The notes under the pieces were generated by a model that was not told the DNA's origin, did not search any database, and worked only from the letters and a program-made list of their open reading frames with translations. A stretch of 64,000 bases of DNA, from NCBI GenBank assembly GCA_963714975.1, contig CAVQQD010000003.1, positions 352,001-416,000 of the forward strand, read 5' to 3'. How positions within the stretch are numbered: the first letter of the stretch is position 1; the number at the start of each line of letters is the position of its first letter. This document shows, piece after piece, positions 41,701 to 50,856 of the stretch. This DNA is from an uncultured Gammaproteobacteria bacterium. GTDB lineage: Bacteria; Pseudomonadota; Gammaproteobacteria; JAURND01. The position numbers and the translations under genes are program-made.

Positions 41701-41750
41701 AAATTCTAGCGGCTTATGCTCAGAATCCTGACGTTCGATATTTGGTATGA
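38733..41750 (+). CDS. icmB: IcmB/DotO VirB4-like ATPase
   Basis: ARPGSGKS Walker [22 protein letters not shown]. Confidence 0.95.
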   Translation: MANFINSFLDSIDVFLAWLSTSLKQTVQSYCDIQTADSPTSLVSHDGSLVSVIKVRGVRALIGKEEFDKIQTGLGHSLQTTMSRPGHAIQIYFNYNKDDIAEQIGEIFQPAKETAHRLECQVEDLFNERIAHLSRYCADESVYLVLWTRPASLTSEQLRRAKKDKTKTIKDKKIPPFRYTQNVVAALADLRESHDSFVRALMSDLGMLEIAADLLEVHEAIYAMRKTVDPTFTDRNWRPLLPGDKITIKDSQQVRGEVSDILWPSLARQLLPREAENMDLRTVRIGDRIYSAVYVDLFPKEVLPFATLFARTVQTQIPWRISFLIEGGGLSSLRLKSALSTILAFSSAQNRLLNDAVSLLRYININTDDAVVKLRVAAATWAPENNLRLLRNRTAQLAKAIEGWGSCDVSEICGDAFAGVVSSMLGVSAESVATASVAPLTDILHMAPLFRPSSPWPEGAILFRSPDGKPWPYQPGSSEQTTWIDLIYARPGSGKSVLSNAINLALVLSPGIQRLPRIGIIDIGPSSSGLISLVKESLPPSKRHLVAYYRLRMTPDYSINPFDTQLGCRYPTPLDRNFLVNFLTLLGTPIGSTKPYDGVSDMAGLIVDEMYKVLADDGNPHVYTKGVEEVVDGILEEIGFVQDPHTTWWEVTDALFVAGFIHEATIAQRHAVPILADVTSICRSPGVEDLYGKIIAPTGEHLIAAFSRMISSAIREYPIIAEATKFDIGDTKIVSLDLDEVAKSGGDAANRQTSVMYMLARFVMARHYFLTEADIKDMPETYHSYHEARIMEIREDPKRIVMDEFHRTAGVEAVRAQVIQDMREGRKWKVQVALISQSLDDFDPVMVEFATSVFIMDAGPEQAVQKTTRIFGLSSTGQQALRTRVHGPKEGGATFLAQFATKNGMNTQLLTLTLGPVELWSFSTTLEDTQVRNKLYQKLGPVEARRVLAVLFPAGSVVKIIEERLLTVKEKFGLIGEESKLGVIDELVQQILAAYAQNPDVRYLV

Positions 41751-43084
41751 AGAAAAAACTCTATATAAAAACCCATGGCTGTCAGATGAATGAATATGAT
41801 TCCTCGAAGATGATCGATGTTCTTAGAGGCACATATGAAATTGAAGTAGTAGCTGCACCTGAGGGGGCAGATATCCTTATCCTGAATACTTGTTCAGTAC
41901 GAGAAAAGGCTCAAGAAAAAGCGGTTTCTGATGTGGGCCGATGGCGGCTGTTAAAGCAGAATAACCCCGATATTATTATTGGCGTGGGGGGGTGTGTAGC
42001 TAGTCAAGAAGGGGAGTTGCTGCTTAAGCGTGCTCCCGCTATTGATATTATATTTGGCCCACAAACTTTACATCGCTTGCCGCAATTAATTGCCGAAAAG
42101 CAACGAACACGCCGTCCTGTTATTGATATTTCCTTTCCTGAGATTGAAAAATTTGATCGATTACCTGAGCCACGTGCCGAAGGGTGTACGGCCTTTGTTT
42201 CCATTATGGAGGGCTGTAGTAAATATTGTAGCTTTTGCATTGTGCCCTACACGCGTGGGGAAGAGCTCAGCCGCTCGCTGGATAGTGTTATTTATGAAAT
42301 AGCCAAATTAGCCGAGCAAGGAGTGCGAGAAGTCACTCTGTTAGGCCAAAATGTGAATGATTATCAAGGGGCCATGCATTCAGGAGCAGTGGCAGATTTA
42401 GCCTTATTAATCCGCTATGTGGCTGCGATTGATGGAATTGAACGCATTCGCTTTACCACTTCTCATCCCGTAGCTTTTTCCGATGCCTTAATCGAAGTAT
42501 TTGCCCAGGAGCCCAAGCTGGCTAATCATTTGCATTTACCGGTACAAAGTGGCTCAGATCGAATTTTAGCGGCCATGAAGCGGGGTTATACGGCTCTTGA
42601 ATATAAAGCAAAGATTCGGAAGTTGCGTAAGGTAAGGCCGGATATCAGTTTAACTTCCGATTTTATCGTTGGGTTTCCTGGTGAAACAGAAGCAGATTTT
42701 ATGGCGACGATGAATTTAATTCATGAGGTCGGGTTTGATTATTCATTTAGTTTTTTATACAGCAAGCGCCCAGGCACTCCGGCAGCACAATTACCCGACG
42801 ATGTTCCTCTGGAGCTAAAGAAACAGCGTTTAGAGGTTTTGCAACAGCGTCTAGTGCAGCAAGGAATGGCGATTAGTCGTGGCCTGGTAGGGACAATGCA
42901 GCGCGTTTTAGTTACCGGTCCCTCAAAGAAAGATCCAGAACATCAGCTATCAGGTCGTACTGAAAATAATCGAGTGGTAAATTTTGCTAAACCAGTAGGC
43001 ACAGGAAAAATAGTCACAGGCAGCCTTATCTCAGTGCGCATTACTGAAGCATTGACAAATTCCTTGCGTGGGGTAATCGATTGA
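41747..43084 (+). CDS. miaB: tRNA methylthiotransferase MiaB
   Basis: [28 protein letters not shown] radical-SAM motif, TRAM domain. Confidence 0.97.
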   Translation: MKKKLYIKTHGCQMNEYDSSKMIDVLRGTYEIEVVAAPEGADILILNTCSVREKAQEKAVSDVGRWRLLKQNNPDIIIGVGGCVASQEGELLLKRAPAIDIIFGPQTLHRLPQLIAEKQRTRRPVIDISFPEIEKFDRLPEPRAEGCTAFVSIMEGCSKYCSFCIVPYTRGEELSRSLDSVIYEIAKLAEQGVREVTLLGQNVNDYQGAMHSGAVADLALLIRYVAAIDGIERIRFTTSHPVAFSDALIEVFAQEPKLANHLHLPVQSGSDRILAAMKRGYTALEYKAKIRKLRKVRPDISLTSDFIVGFPGETEADFMATMNLIHEVGFDYSFSFLYSKRPGTPAAQLPDDVPLELKKQRLEVLQQRLVQQGMAISRGLVGTMQRVLVTGPSKKDPEHQLSGRTENNRVVNFAKPVGTGKIVTGSLISVRITEALTNSLRGVID

Positions 43085-43099
43085 CCGCAACCCTACAGC

Positions 43100-43534
43100 T
43101 CAGCCTCGATGAGTCAATGGCTGTGACTCAATGTCCTCCTCCGCAAAGTCTTCTACTGTTACTATCTGATTTGGGTCCATGCTTGCTAGTTCTGCTTCCG
43201 CTCTTGCTAGTTGTTCTTCCGCAGTTAATGGGGGATCCCAGCTTTCAACCAATTCCCTACTGCAGGGAAAGAATCGCATTAGCTTAGCCGTTAATCCCCC
43301 ACCTATAGTCGCAACCACTGTCCCGGCAAGGCTGAAAAAGGCGAAAGCGCGGCGCTCATCAGTTGAGAGAGGTGTTTCATACAAGTGATTAGTCAAAGGA
43401 ATACTTATAGAATATGCAATGAGAGAAACTAATGCTCCAGAAACGAAACCATTGACTGCGAACTTTTTTTCTGCACGAAGTTGATTATATTCATGCTGAA
43501 TTTTTTGTAGACAACTTTTTTTTTCATCGCTCAT
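43100..43534 (-). CDS. Orphan 2-TM protein with an acidic C-terminus, candidate effector
   Basis: GAGG RBS; two hydrophobic helices; EDFAEEDIE near the C-terminus. Confidence 0.65.
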   Translation of the reverse strand: MSDEKKSCLQKIQHEYNQLRAEKKFAVNGFVSGALVSLIAYSISIPLTNHLYETPLSTDERRAFAFFSLAGTVVATIGGGLTAKLMRFFPCSRELVESWDPPLTAEEQLARAEAELASMDPNQIVTVEDFAEEDIESQPLTHRG

Positions 43535-43670
43535 AGGTCACCTCTATTGGGTTAAAGTTTTACTATTTGATTTTGCAAAAAATTGCAAATAAATATTACG
43601 CCTTAATGTCAGGAATGTCATGTGTGTTAATCTTGTGTATAATGCTGGTTTCGGAGATAAAAGGTATTTC

Positions 43671-44642
43671 ATGAAAAAACCACGTTACACCATTGAGTTC
43701 GAACTCACCCCCCTGGACAATCAACGCTTGGCTGTTTTGTCTGGACAGTTTGATAAAAACCTGCGGCAAATTGAACGTTTTTTTGGGGTTGAAATAAATA
43801 ACCGTGCGGCTAATTTTCAAATTATTGGTCCAAAACGCTCTGTGGAAAAAGCTAAAGCAGTATTAGATAGGCTCTATCAGGAAACAACCACTGCGCTGAT
43901 TGATTCGGCAAAAATTCAAATTTTAATGCAGACCGTCGATACCCAGCAAGGAGTAAAAAAACCACCGCCTGATTATAATGAAGCTATCATCATTACCCCC
44001 AAAGTTAAGGTACGGCCTCGCAGTCCTAATCAATATCATTATGTCAAAAATATTCTGAGTCATGATATTAGTTTTGGGGTAGGCCCTTCGGGTACTGGGA
44101 AAACTTATTTAGCAGTGGCTTGCGCGGTAGCTGCTTTGGCATCCGATCAGGTGCAACGGATTATTTTGGTTAGGCCTGCCGTGGAAGCAGGGGAACGTCT
44201 GGGCTTTTTGCCGGGCGATTTAGCACAAAAAGTCGATCCTTATTTGCGTCCTTTGTATGATGCCTTGTATGAAATGATGGGAGTTGAAGCGGCAGAAAAA
44301 TTAGCTACGAAAAATATCATTGAAGTAGCGCCCTTGGCTTATATGCGGGGCCGCACGCTCAATGAAGCCTTTATTATTTTGGATGAAAGTCAAAATACCA
44401 CGCGTGAACAAATGAAAATGTTTTTAACTCGGATTGGTTTTGGATCAAAAGTAGTGATTACTGGCGATATTACGCAGACTGATCTCCCTAAGCACGAGCT
44501 TTCGGGTTTGCGTCATGCGATTGCCGTGCTTAATGAAGTCCAAGATATTCACTTTACGTTTTTTCAAGCCCACGATGTCGTGCGTCATCCTTTGGTACAA
44601 CTGATTATTCAAGCCTATGAAAAAGCCGAACATCCAAATTGA
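43671..44642 (+). CDS. ybeZ: PhoH-family protein (YbeZ)
   Basis: GPSGTGKT, RPAVEAGERLGFLPG, YMRGRT; miaB-ybeZ-ybeY synteny. Confidence 0.94.
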   Translation: MKKPRYTIEFELTPLDNQRLAVLSGQFDKNLRQIERFFGVEINNRAANFQIIGPKRSVEKAKAVLDRLYQETTTALIDSAKIQILMQTVDTQQGVKKPPPDYNEAIIITPKVKVRPRSPNQYHYVKNILSHDISFGVGPSGTGKTYLAVACAVAALASDQVQRIILVRPAVEAGERLGFLPGDLAQKVDPYLRPLYDALYEMMGVEAAEKLATKNIIEVAPLAYMRGRTLNEAFIILDESQNTTREQMKMFLTRIGFGSKVVITGDITQTDLPKHELSGLRHAIAVLNEVQDIHFTFFQAHDVVRHPLVQLIIQAYEKAEHPN

Positions 44643-44662
44643 GAGCAGAAGAAAAATAGAGT

Positions 44663-44703
44663 GGTTCTATGTAGAATCTACCCACTCAAAACTTCATAGA
44701 GCC
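44663..44703. mobile_element. 41-bp MITE with an 8-bp target duplication (AATAGAGT)
   Basis: Ends GGTTCTATG/CATAGAGCC; direct repeats at 44655-44662 and 44704-44711. Confidence 0.75.
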
Positions 44704-44709
44704 AATAGA

Positions 44710-44742
44710 GTTAATATTTGCTTAAGATAATTGTGTTAGGGT
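44710..44742 (+). promoter_or_regulatory. PmrA-type box plus -10-like element
   Basis: GTTAATATT-TG-CTTAAGATA-N7-TAGGGT. Confidence 0.65.
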
Positions 44743-44771
44743 TAAACCTGATCATTGACAGAGGAGATATT

Positions 44772-45380
44772 ATGATGGCTAGACAGAATGAAATAGAGCG
44801 TAATGAATCTGCAAATTCAAGGCTTGTTGAAGCTCGGAAATTAGTGGAGAAAATGCATGCAAAAGGAGAGTCACTTTGGATTCGTTTCTTTTACCCAGAA
44901 AAAGCAAAAATTGCTAGTGAATGGGCACGGCGAGCTCGGCAAGATTTGTGGAGAGAGGACGAATCAGAAAAGACTATACCAAGCTTAAGTCAAGACCATC
45001 CACAAATACAGGCTCAATCACACCGCCCTCTTACAACAGAGCTAAACTTATCAGATCATGAACAAGAAGTATTATCCGAGGTTCGCATGCGGCAAATTTT
45101 GGTTCCATTTGTCATTGGAATCGGGGCAATTGCCTCAGCGCCAGCTTGGCTGCCAAAGGTGGCGAATGTTACAACTGATGAGGCAGCGCTCTATTTGGGG
45201 ATCGCTCTTGTATTTTATTTTTTCATGTCGTTGCATCTGATGGCTGAGCATTGGAATTATAATCTTACTGAAGGCAAATGGATAATCAAGGATGGAAAAA
45301 CTGATTCAATGGCAACGGTCGATCGTTATAACGCACTTGTGCAGGAAGAACAAGTGGAAACCAGGCCTTCCCTCGTTTAA
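44772..45380 (+). CDS. Orphan 2-TM protein, candidate effector
   Basis: GAGGAG RBS; two hydrophobic helices; QEEQVE near the C-terminus; PmrA-type box. Confidence 0.65.
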   Translation: MMARQNEIERNESANSRLVEARKLVEKMHAKGESLWIRFFYPEKAKIASEWARRARQDLWREDESEKTIPSLSQDHPQIQAQSHRPLTTELNLSDHEQEVLSEVRMRQILVPFVIGIGAIASAPAWLPKVANVTTDEAALYLGIALVFYFFMSLHLMAEHWNYNLTEGKWIIKDGKTDSMATVDRYNALVQEEQVETRPSLV

Positions 45381-45413
45381 AATGCAGCAGTGTATTTATA
45401 ATGCTATAGAGTA

Positions 45414-45498
45414 GGTTCTATGTAGAATCGAGTGGGTAGATTTTCCTTCTCCCACAAGGGGAGAAAGATATATTACCCACTCAAAACTTCATAGAGCC
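45414..45498. mobile_element. 85-bp MITE with the same ends and an 8-bp target duplication (ATAGAGTA)
   Basis: GGTTCTATGTAGAAT...AAAACTTCATAGAGCC; direct repeats at 45406-45413 and 45499-45506; contains a family A hairpin. Confidence 0.75.
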
Positions 45499-45527
45499 AT
45501 AGAGTAGGAATTGTTGGCACATTGAGA

Positions 45528-45965
45528 ATGCTAAAACTTCATCTCCAAATTGCTTCGTCGTCCCAGCAGAAACGACGCTTTGGTACATTCATTCCGAGCC
45601 GTGCTCAATTTCGTCGTTGGATTGGTGCGGTAGTAGCTGACACTGAATTAACCATCCGTATCACCGATGAAGTTGAAAGCACCGAGTTAAATCAAAAATA
45701 TCGTCGCAAGCAAGGCCCTACTAATGTGTTGTCATTTCCTTCAAGTGAAACCCCCTATCTGGGTGATCTAGTGTTTTGCGGACCTTTAGTGCAGCAAGAA
45801 GCGCAGCAACAAAATAAATCCTTGTCAGCGCATTGGGCGCATTTAACCATTCATGGGGTGTTGCATCTACTGGGTTATGACCATGAACGCTCACAAGATG
45901 CTGAAATTATGGAGGGCTTGGAGATAGACATCTTACAGAAATTGGGTATTGCAAATCCGTATTAG
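45528..45965 (+). CDS. ybeY: rRNA maturation RNase YbeY
   Basis: PTNVLSF, HGVLHLLGYDHE. Confidence 0.95.
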   Translation: MLKLHLQIASSSQQKRRFGTFIPSRAQFRRWIGAVVADTELTIRITDEVESTELNQKYRRKQGPTNVLSFPSSETPYLGDLVFCGPLVQQEAQQQNKSLSAHWAHLTIHGVLHLLGYDHERSQDAEIMEGLEIDILQKLGIANPY

Positions 45966-46096
45966 AAATTCGCATTCATGACTTGACCGCAAGACAATAC
46001 TGCAAGACAATACTGTAGGTAAAATTACTTGCCTTGAGCAATAAATTCTTGAGTTGTTAGCGATTTAATTTAAAAAATTAAGGAGGTATCAAATTT

Positions 46097-46795
46097 ATGA
46101 TAAATCTCTATTACTGGCCGACGCCAAACGGGCATAAAATTACTATTTTTCTTGAAGAGGCAGGGTTGGCTTACCGTATTATTCCGGTGAATATCGGCCA
46201 GGGAGAACAATTTGCTCCTGAATTTTTACGGCTATCACCTAATAATAAAATGCCGGCTATTGTTGACCCCGAGCCTGCAGTAGGTCAGGAGCCTTTGGCG
46301 ATATTTGAATCAGGCGCCATTTTGCTGTATTTGGCGGACAAAACCGGGCGCTTTTTGCCGCAAGAGCCGCATAATCATTATCAGGCATTGTCCTGGCTGT
46401 TCTGGCAGGTCGCTGGCTTGGGGCCTATGGCAGGACAAAATCATCATTTTGTGCAATATGCACCGGAGAAAATCTCTTATGCGATAGATCGTTATGTCAA
46501 AGAGACGGCGCGTTTATATGCGGTTTTGAATAAGCAATTGCACCATCATGAATATATTGTTGGGGAATATTCGATTGTGGATATGGCTTGTTATCCTTGG
46601 ATTGTACCCTATGAAAAGCAACTACAGCGTTTGGAAGATTTTCCACATTTAAAGCGCTGGTTTGAATTGATGGGGAGTCGGCCAGCCGTACAACGGGCTT
46701 ATGCTCGGGCAGAGGGGTTCGATAGTCAACCGCTGAGTGAACAGGCTAAGTGTATTTTATTCGGTCAGGATGACAGTGTTGTGCATGATGATTAG
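46097..46795 (+). CDS. GST-like disulfide oxidoreductase (YfcG/Nu class)
   Basis: YYWPTPNGHKI, SPNNKMPAIVD, FESGAILLYLA. Confidence 0.9.
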   Translation: MINLYYWPTPNGHKITIFLEEAGLAYRIIPVNIGQGEQFAPEFLRLSPNNKMPAIVDPEPAVGQEPLAIFESGAILLYLADKTGRFLPQEPHNHYQALSWLFWQVAGLGPMAGQNHHFVQYAPEKISYAIDRYVKETARLYAVLNKQLHHHEYIVGEYSIVDMACYPWIVPYEKQLQRLEDFPHLKRWFELMGSRPAVQRAYARAEGFDSQPLSEQAKCILFGQDDSVVHDD

Positions 46796-46812
46796 ATGAA
46801 TGGGAAACTGCC

Positions 46813-47355
46813 ATGTCTAACTTCGATTCTATTTTAGGGCAGCTAGAACCATGGTCGTTATTCGAGCTTTATCGGTTGCATTCTGCTATCGGTAGGCTAT
46901 TAAATAATCCTGCTAGAAATGAGGCTATTAAGCGTCACCTCAAAGTGGGAATGAAAATCAGCTACTTTGATAGCACCACTAATAGCCTGATCGAAGCAAC
47001 TATCGTTGAGATCAGAAAAACTTGGGTTTCTGTAATTAACATCCATAACGGAAAAAGATGGAGAATTCAGTTTTTCCTTATCAATATTCAAGAAGTTGAT
47101 GTCAGCATTGCACCTACGAAAACAGGCGCTAGTTTAGACAGAAATTCATTAAAGGTGGGAGATTTTGTTGGATGGAATTCCAAAGGATTTGATTTGTATG
47201 GGGTCATTGAAAAGCTTAATCCTAAAAAAGCAATGATACAATTAGGAACTGGAGAACGCTGGACGGTTCCTTATTCTTTATTGTTTTTTGTGATGGATGG
47301 TGTCGTTACAAAACAAAATGCTCAGTTATGCATAGAGGGGGAAGTCATTCGTTGA
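46813..47355 (+). CDS. Hypothetical protein with two SH3/KOW-like repeats
   Basis: LKVGMKISY..WRI and LKVGDFVGW..WTVPY internal repeat. Confidence 0.7.
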   Translation: MSNFDSILGQLEPWSLFELYRLHSAIGRLLNNPARNEAIKRHLKVGMKISYFDSTTNSLIEATIVEIRKTWVSVINIHNGKRWRIQFFLINIQEVDVSIAPTKTGASLDRNSLKVGDFVGWNSKGFDLYGVIEKLNPKKAMIQLGTGERWTVPYSLLFFVMDGVVTKQNAQLCIEGEVIR

Positions 47356-47541
47356 TTTGTCCAAAGTCCTATATAGTAGAATTATGATTAATGTCAAAAT
47401 AGCTGGCAATTGCAAAAATGATAGAATCTAAAGTGTGGAAAACTTCTTACATTAAAAATAACGCAAAAAGAGCGCAAGTTTAATGTCATCTGCTTTACCA
47501 CATTCATAAGATCACTCGTTTCGCTTGAGATGCCTGGAAAG

Positions 47542-48144
47542 TTACTTTTCTTCTTCAATTGATCGCTGTATCGCTGGTCGCTGCATCAGTAGATGAAAAT
47601 AAGAATTTATATTGGACCATTTACTGAGTTCTATGTTAAATAGAGGGAGCCATTTAAGAATTACCATCAAGTAGGCATCTGCTAGGGTAAAGCTAGAACC
47701 TGTAATATATCCGCCTTTTTCTAATTGTTGATTAACAAAGTCTAACTTACGTTCTAGAGCGGGTGAAAAAAATTGAGTTTTCAAATCTTGGGGAATTGTT
47801 GGCTGAAAAAGTAAACCGGCAGTTTTATGTAATTCAGTGCTTACATAGTTCAGCCATTCCAACACACGATAGCGCTGAAGCTGTCCTATGCCAGGTAAAA
47901 GGTTAGTTGCCTGATAAGTCTCAGCTAAGTATTGCTGAATAGCGGAATTTTCGGTAAGTACACTCCCGTCATCAAACTGTAAGACAGGAACATAGCCTTT
48001 GGGATTAATAGCCAGAAAATCACTGCCGCTAGCTGTTTTTTTGGCTTTTAAATCTACCGCTTCAAATTCGCAATCAATGCCGATTTCATGGATGATAACT
48101 CGTACCGCAAAAGAGCAAGCACCTTTTGAGTAATACAATTTCAT
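47542..48144 (-). CDS. gstA: Beta-class glutathione S-transferase
   Basis: MKLYYSKGACS, INPKGYVPVL, STELHK. Confidence 0.9.
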   Translation of the reverse strand: MKLYYSKGACSFAVRVIIHEIGIDCEFEAVDLKAKKTASGSDFLAINPKGYVPVLQFDDGSVLTENSAIQQYLAETYQATNLLPGIGQLQRYRVLEWLNYVSTELHKTAGLLFQPTIPQDLKTQFFSPALERKLDFVNQQLEKGGYITGSSFTLADAYLMVILKWLPLFNIELSKWSNINSYFHLLMQRPAIQRSIEEEK

Positions 48145-48235
48145 TATAAAAACTCCTTTTAGTTGTAGCTTTACTTGGAAGCCTTAGTCTAACATTGTAA
48201 CAAACAGTTTCAAGGCTTGCATATCGTTAGCAGCA

Positions 48236-48400
48236 ATTGTAAGTCACCACTTGTGTTAAAGTAGTTTCTAAGAGAGAAAAGGCTCCCTCGCAAGAAGAAG
48301 CCTGCGGGCGTGAGCGACCGGGCAGCAATAGGTCATACAGCCGTGAGAATCAAGGTACTCTAGCCCTAACTCTCGATACGTTTGAATAGTTAATTTGGGA
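48236..48400 (+). mobile_element. Truncated IS110 left end (partial bridge-RNA locus, no transposase)
   Basis: 48231-48400 matches 50648-50817 with 6 substitutions. Confidence 0.9.
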
Positions 48401-48457
48401 GGCAGATTCAGATACGAAATGCAATTTTTAGTTAAATTTATTAAGAGGGGATTTGCA

Positions 48458-49159
48458 ATGGATATGCCTGTTTGTGTAATTGTAGGAGTTGGGTCTGGCA
48501 ATGGCGCTGCTTTTGCTGATCAATTTTCAAAGGCTGGTTATCACCTCGCTTTGCTTGCACGGCACACTAGCTTTACTGATGAACTTGCAACCCAATTGGG
48601 TAACGCATCTTCTTACGAATGTGATGTAACCAGCGTCTCGTCAATTACCCAAACTTTTCAGCGCATCCAAAAGGAGCAAGGTGAAATTGACGTGCTAATT
48701 TACAATGCCGGTTCTGGCACATGGGGCAATATTGAAGATATTACCGCTCAGCAGTTTGAGGATGCTTGGTCCGTCAATGCAAAAGGCTTGCTCATGGTGA
48801 GTCAGCAAGTAATTCCAAGCATGAAAAAACGTGGCCAGGGAAGCATTGTTGTTATTGGCGCTACAGCTTCAAGACGCGGTGGCATAAAAACTGCGGCATT
48901 TGCACCTGCTAAAGCGGCTCAGCGCAGCCTGACCGAATCCATGGCCAGGCATCTATGGCCCTTAGGAATTCACGTGGCTTTGGTTATTATTGATGGCATC
49001 ATCGATTTACCCAAAACTCGTTCCAATCTTCCCGATAAGCCTGATAGTTTTTTCTTAAAGCCGGCTGATATAGCAGCTACCGTGTATTGGTTAACTCAGC
49101 AGCCCTCATCCGCTTGGAGTTTTGAAGTCGAAGCCAGGCCCTTTGGGGAGGCGTGGTAG
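48458..49159 (+). CDS. Short-chain dehydrogenase/reductase
   Basis: VGVGSGNG, YNAG, GATAS..FAPAK. Confidence 0.9.
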   Translation: MDMPVCVIVGVGSGNGAAFADQFSKAGYHLALLARHTSFTDELATQLGNASSYECDVTSVSSITQTFQRIQKEQGEIDVLIYNAGSGTWGNIEDITAQQFEDAWSVNAKGLLMVSQQVIPSMKKRGQGSIVVIGATASRRGGIKTAAFAPAKAAQRSLTESMARHLWPLGIHVALVIIDGIIDLPKTRSNLPDKPDSFFLKPADIAATVYWLTQQPSSAWSFEVEARPFGEAW

Positions 49160-49179
49160 CTGCTGCTAAATTTTGTTAG

Positions 49180-49409
49180 TTATCTAGAAGATACAGGCGG
49201 CCATCGTCTGACTGTATGCACCAATGCTAATATCCAGATGGTTTGTTGGTTAATTTCATATACTAGGCGATAACTTTCGTGTGGAATTAATTAAGTTCTC
49301 GTGCTAGCTGAGAAGTAGGTCGATCGATAGCTTGAGTTTCGGCGATAAACTCAGCGCGTAAATCAGACTCCAGCTTCATGGTAAAAACGGCTTCTTTCGA
49401 CATAATCAT
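49180..49409 (-). pseudogene. Collapsed toxin-antitoxin relic: antitoxin N-terminus joined to a RelE/ParE toxin C-terminus
   Basis: MSKEAVFTMKLESDLRAEF..RPTSQLAREL then, out of frame, IPHESYRLVYEI..IWILALVHTVRRWPP. Confidence 0.75.
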
Positions 49410-49727
49410 ACCCTTTCTCTATTTTTACATACTAAGTATGACGTTTTCATTACTTCATGCCACAAAATTCCGATAAAATTCATTGCCAAACCGTAACCAT
49501 TCACCACAATGTTAATGGCAATATTCCTTCTCCCACAAGGGGAGAAGGAGTTTGCCCAATTATCATGCTGAATGTTTACGCCAAACCTTACTATTGGCTG
49601 TTGAATATAACCTATGCCGCCTTGTGATGCGGGGGTTCACTAACCAAAGCCGATCAAATTTGCTGGCAGCATTAACGGAGCGCATGGTGGCGAGGTTTGA
49701 ACTATTATAACTATCGAGATACATTGT

Positions 49728-50627
49728 ATGAAATATCTATCATTATTCATAACTGCGATTTTTTTTAACAGTATTACTGCGCTTGCCAATATACCAGTAA
49801 TTAAATTTACACGTGTCCAGAAAAATCTGGAAGCTCTTGAGAAGAGTTTTGACGGAAAAATTGGTGTTTATGCTATTAATACCAATAATAATCAAATTAT
49901 TGCTTATCGGGCTGATGAGCGTTTTCCAGTCCAAAGTACCTCTAAATTAATAGTAGTTGCTGCGTTGTTAAAACAAAGTGACCAAAATAAAAAATTATTA
50001 CAAGAGAAAATCTATTATACAAAAAATGCTTTGATTACTTGGCATCCAGTGACAGGAAAATATATTAATAGTGGCATGACATTTGAAGCATTATCAGAAG
50101 CAGCAGTAAGTTATAGTGATAATACAGCTGCGAATCTTATCATAAAAAAATTAGGTGGGCCGACATTCGTAACTAATTTTGCTCGCTCTATTGGAAATAA
50201 AACATTTAATATCCGGCACTATGAAGGAGATTTAAACTCTAATCCGGAGAATGAAGATGATACTGCTACGCCTAAAGATATGGCAATAGGTATACGGGAA
50301 TTAACATTGGGAAATACATTGTCACCACCTCAACGAACTCAATTACTCACATGGATGAGGAATAATACGACCAGTTACAAACGAATGCGTGCAGGTGTTC
50401 CGATTGGCTGGGTTGTTGCTGATAGAACGGGGTCTGGCGATTATGGCGTCGCCAATGATATTGGCATCTTGTGGTCACCTCTATGTAAACCAATTGTATT
50501 AGCTATTTATACGGTACAAAACCAACCAAAGGCAAAGGGTCGAGATGATATCCTGGCGTCAACAACGACTATCGTACTCGATGAATTGGCAAAAAAAGAC
50601 CAATGCTTTAAAGATTTATTTGCATGA
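49728..50627 (+). CDS. Class A beta-lactamase (RTG variant of motif 3)
   Basis: Signal peptide; ERFPVQSTSK, SDN, ExxLN, DRTG. Confidence 0.93.
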   Translation: MKYLSLFITAIFFNSITALANIPVIKFTRVQKNLEALEKSFDGKIGVYAINTNNNQIIAYRADERFPVQSTSKLIVVAALLKQSDQNKKLLQEKIYYTKNALITWHPVTGKYINSGMTFEALSEAAVSYSDNTAANLIIKKLGGPTFVTNFARSIGNKTFNIRHYEGDLNSNPENEDDTATPKDMAIGIRELTLGNTLSPPQRTQLLTWMRNNTTSYKRMRAGVPIGWVVADRTGSGDYGVANDIGILWSPLCKPIVLAIYTVQNQPKAKGRDDILASTTTIVLDELAKKDQCFKDLFA

Positions 50628-50654
50628 TATCTGAAAGGAGTAATCATCAGCAAT

Positions 50655-50845
50655 TGTAAGTCACCACTTGTGTTAAAGTAGTTCCTAAGAGAGAAAAGGC
50701 TCCCTCGCAAGAAGGAGCCTGCGGGCGTGAGCGACCGGTCAGCAATAGGTTATACAGCCGTGGGAATCAAGGTACTCTAGCCCTAACTCTCGATACGTTT
50801 GAATAGTTCATTTGGGACTAAAGCTCCCGCTTACAATCGTAAATA
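50655..50845 (+). ncRNA. Predicted bridge RNA (target- and donor-binding loops); exact ends unknown
   Basis: LTG TCAGCAAT 50739-50746, RTG GGGAAT 50762-50767, LDG ATAGTTCAT 50803-50811, RDG CTTACAAT 50830-50837, each guide pair flanking a hairpin. Confidence 0.8.
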
Positions 50846-50856
50846 TCGAGGTTACC

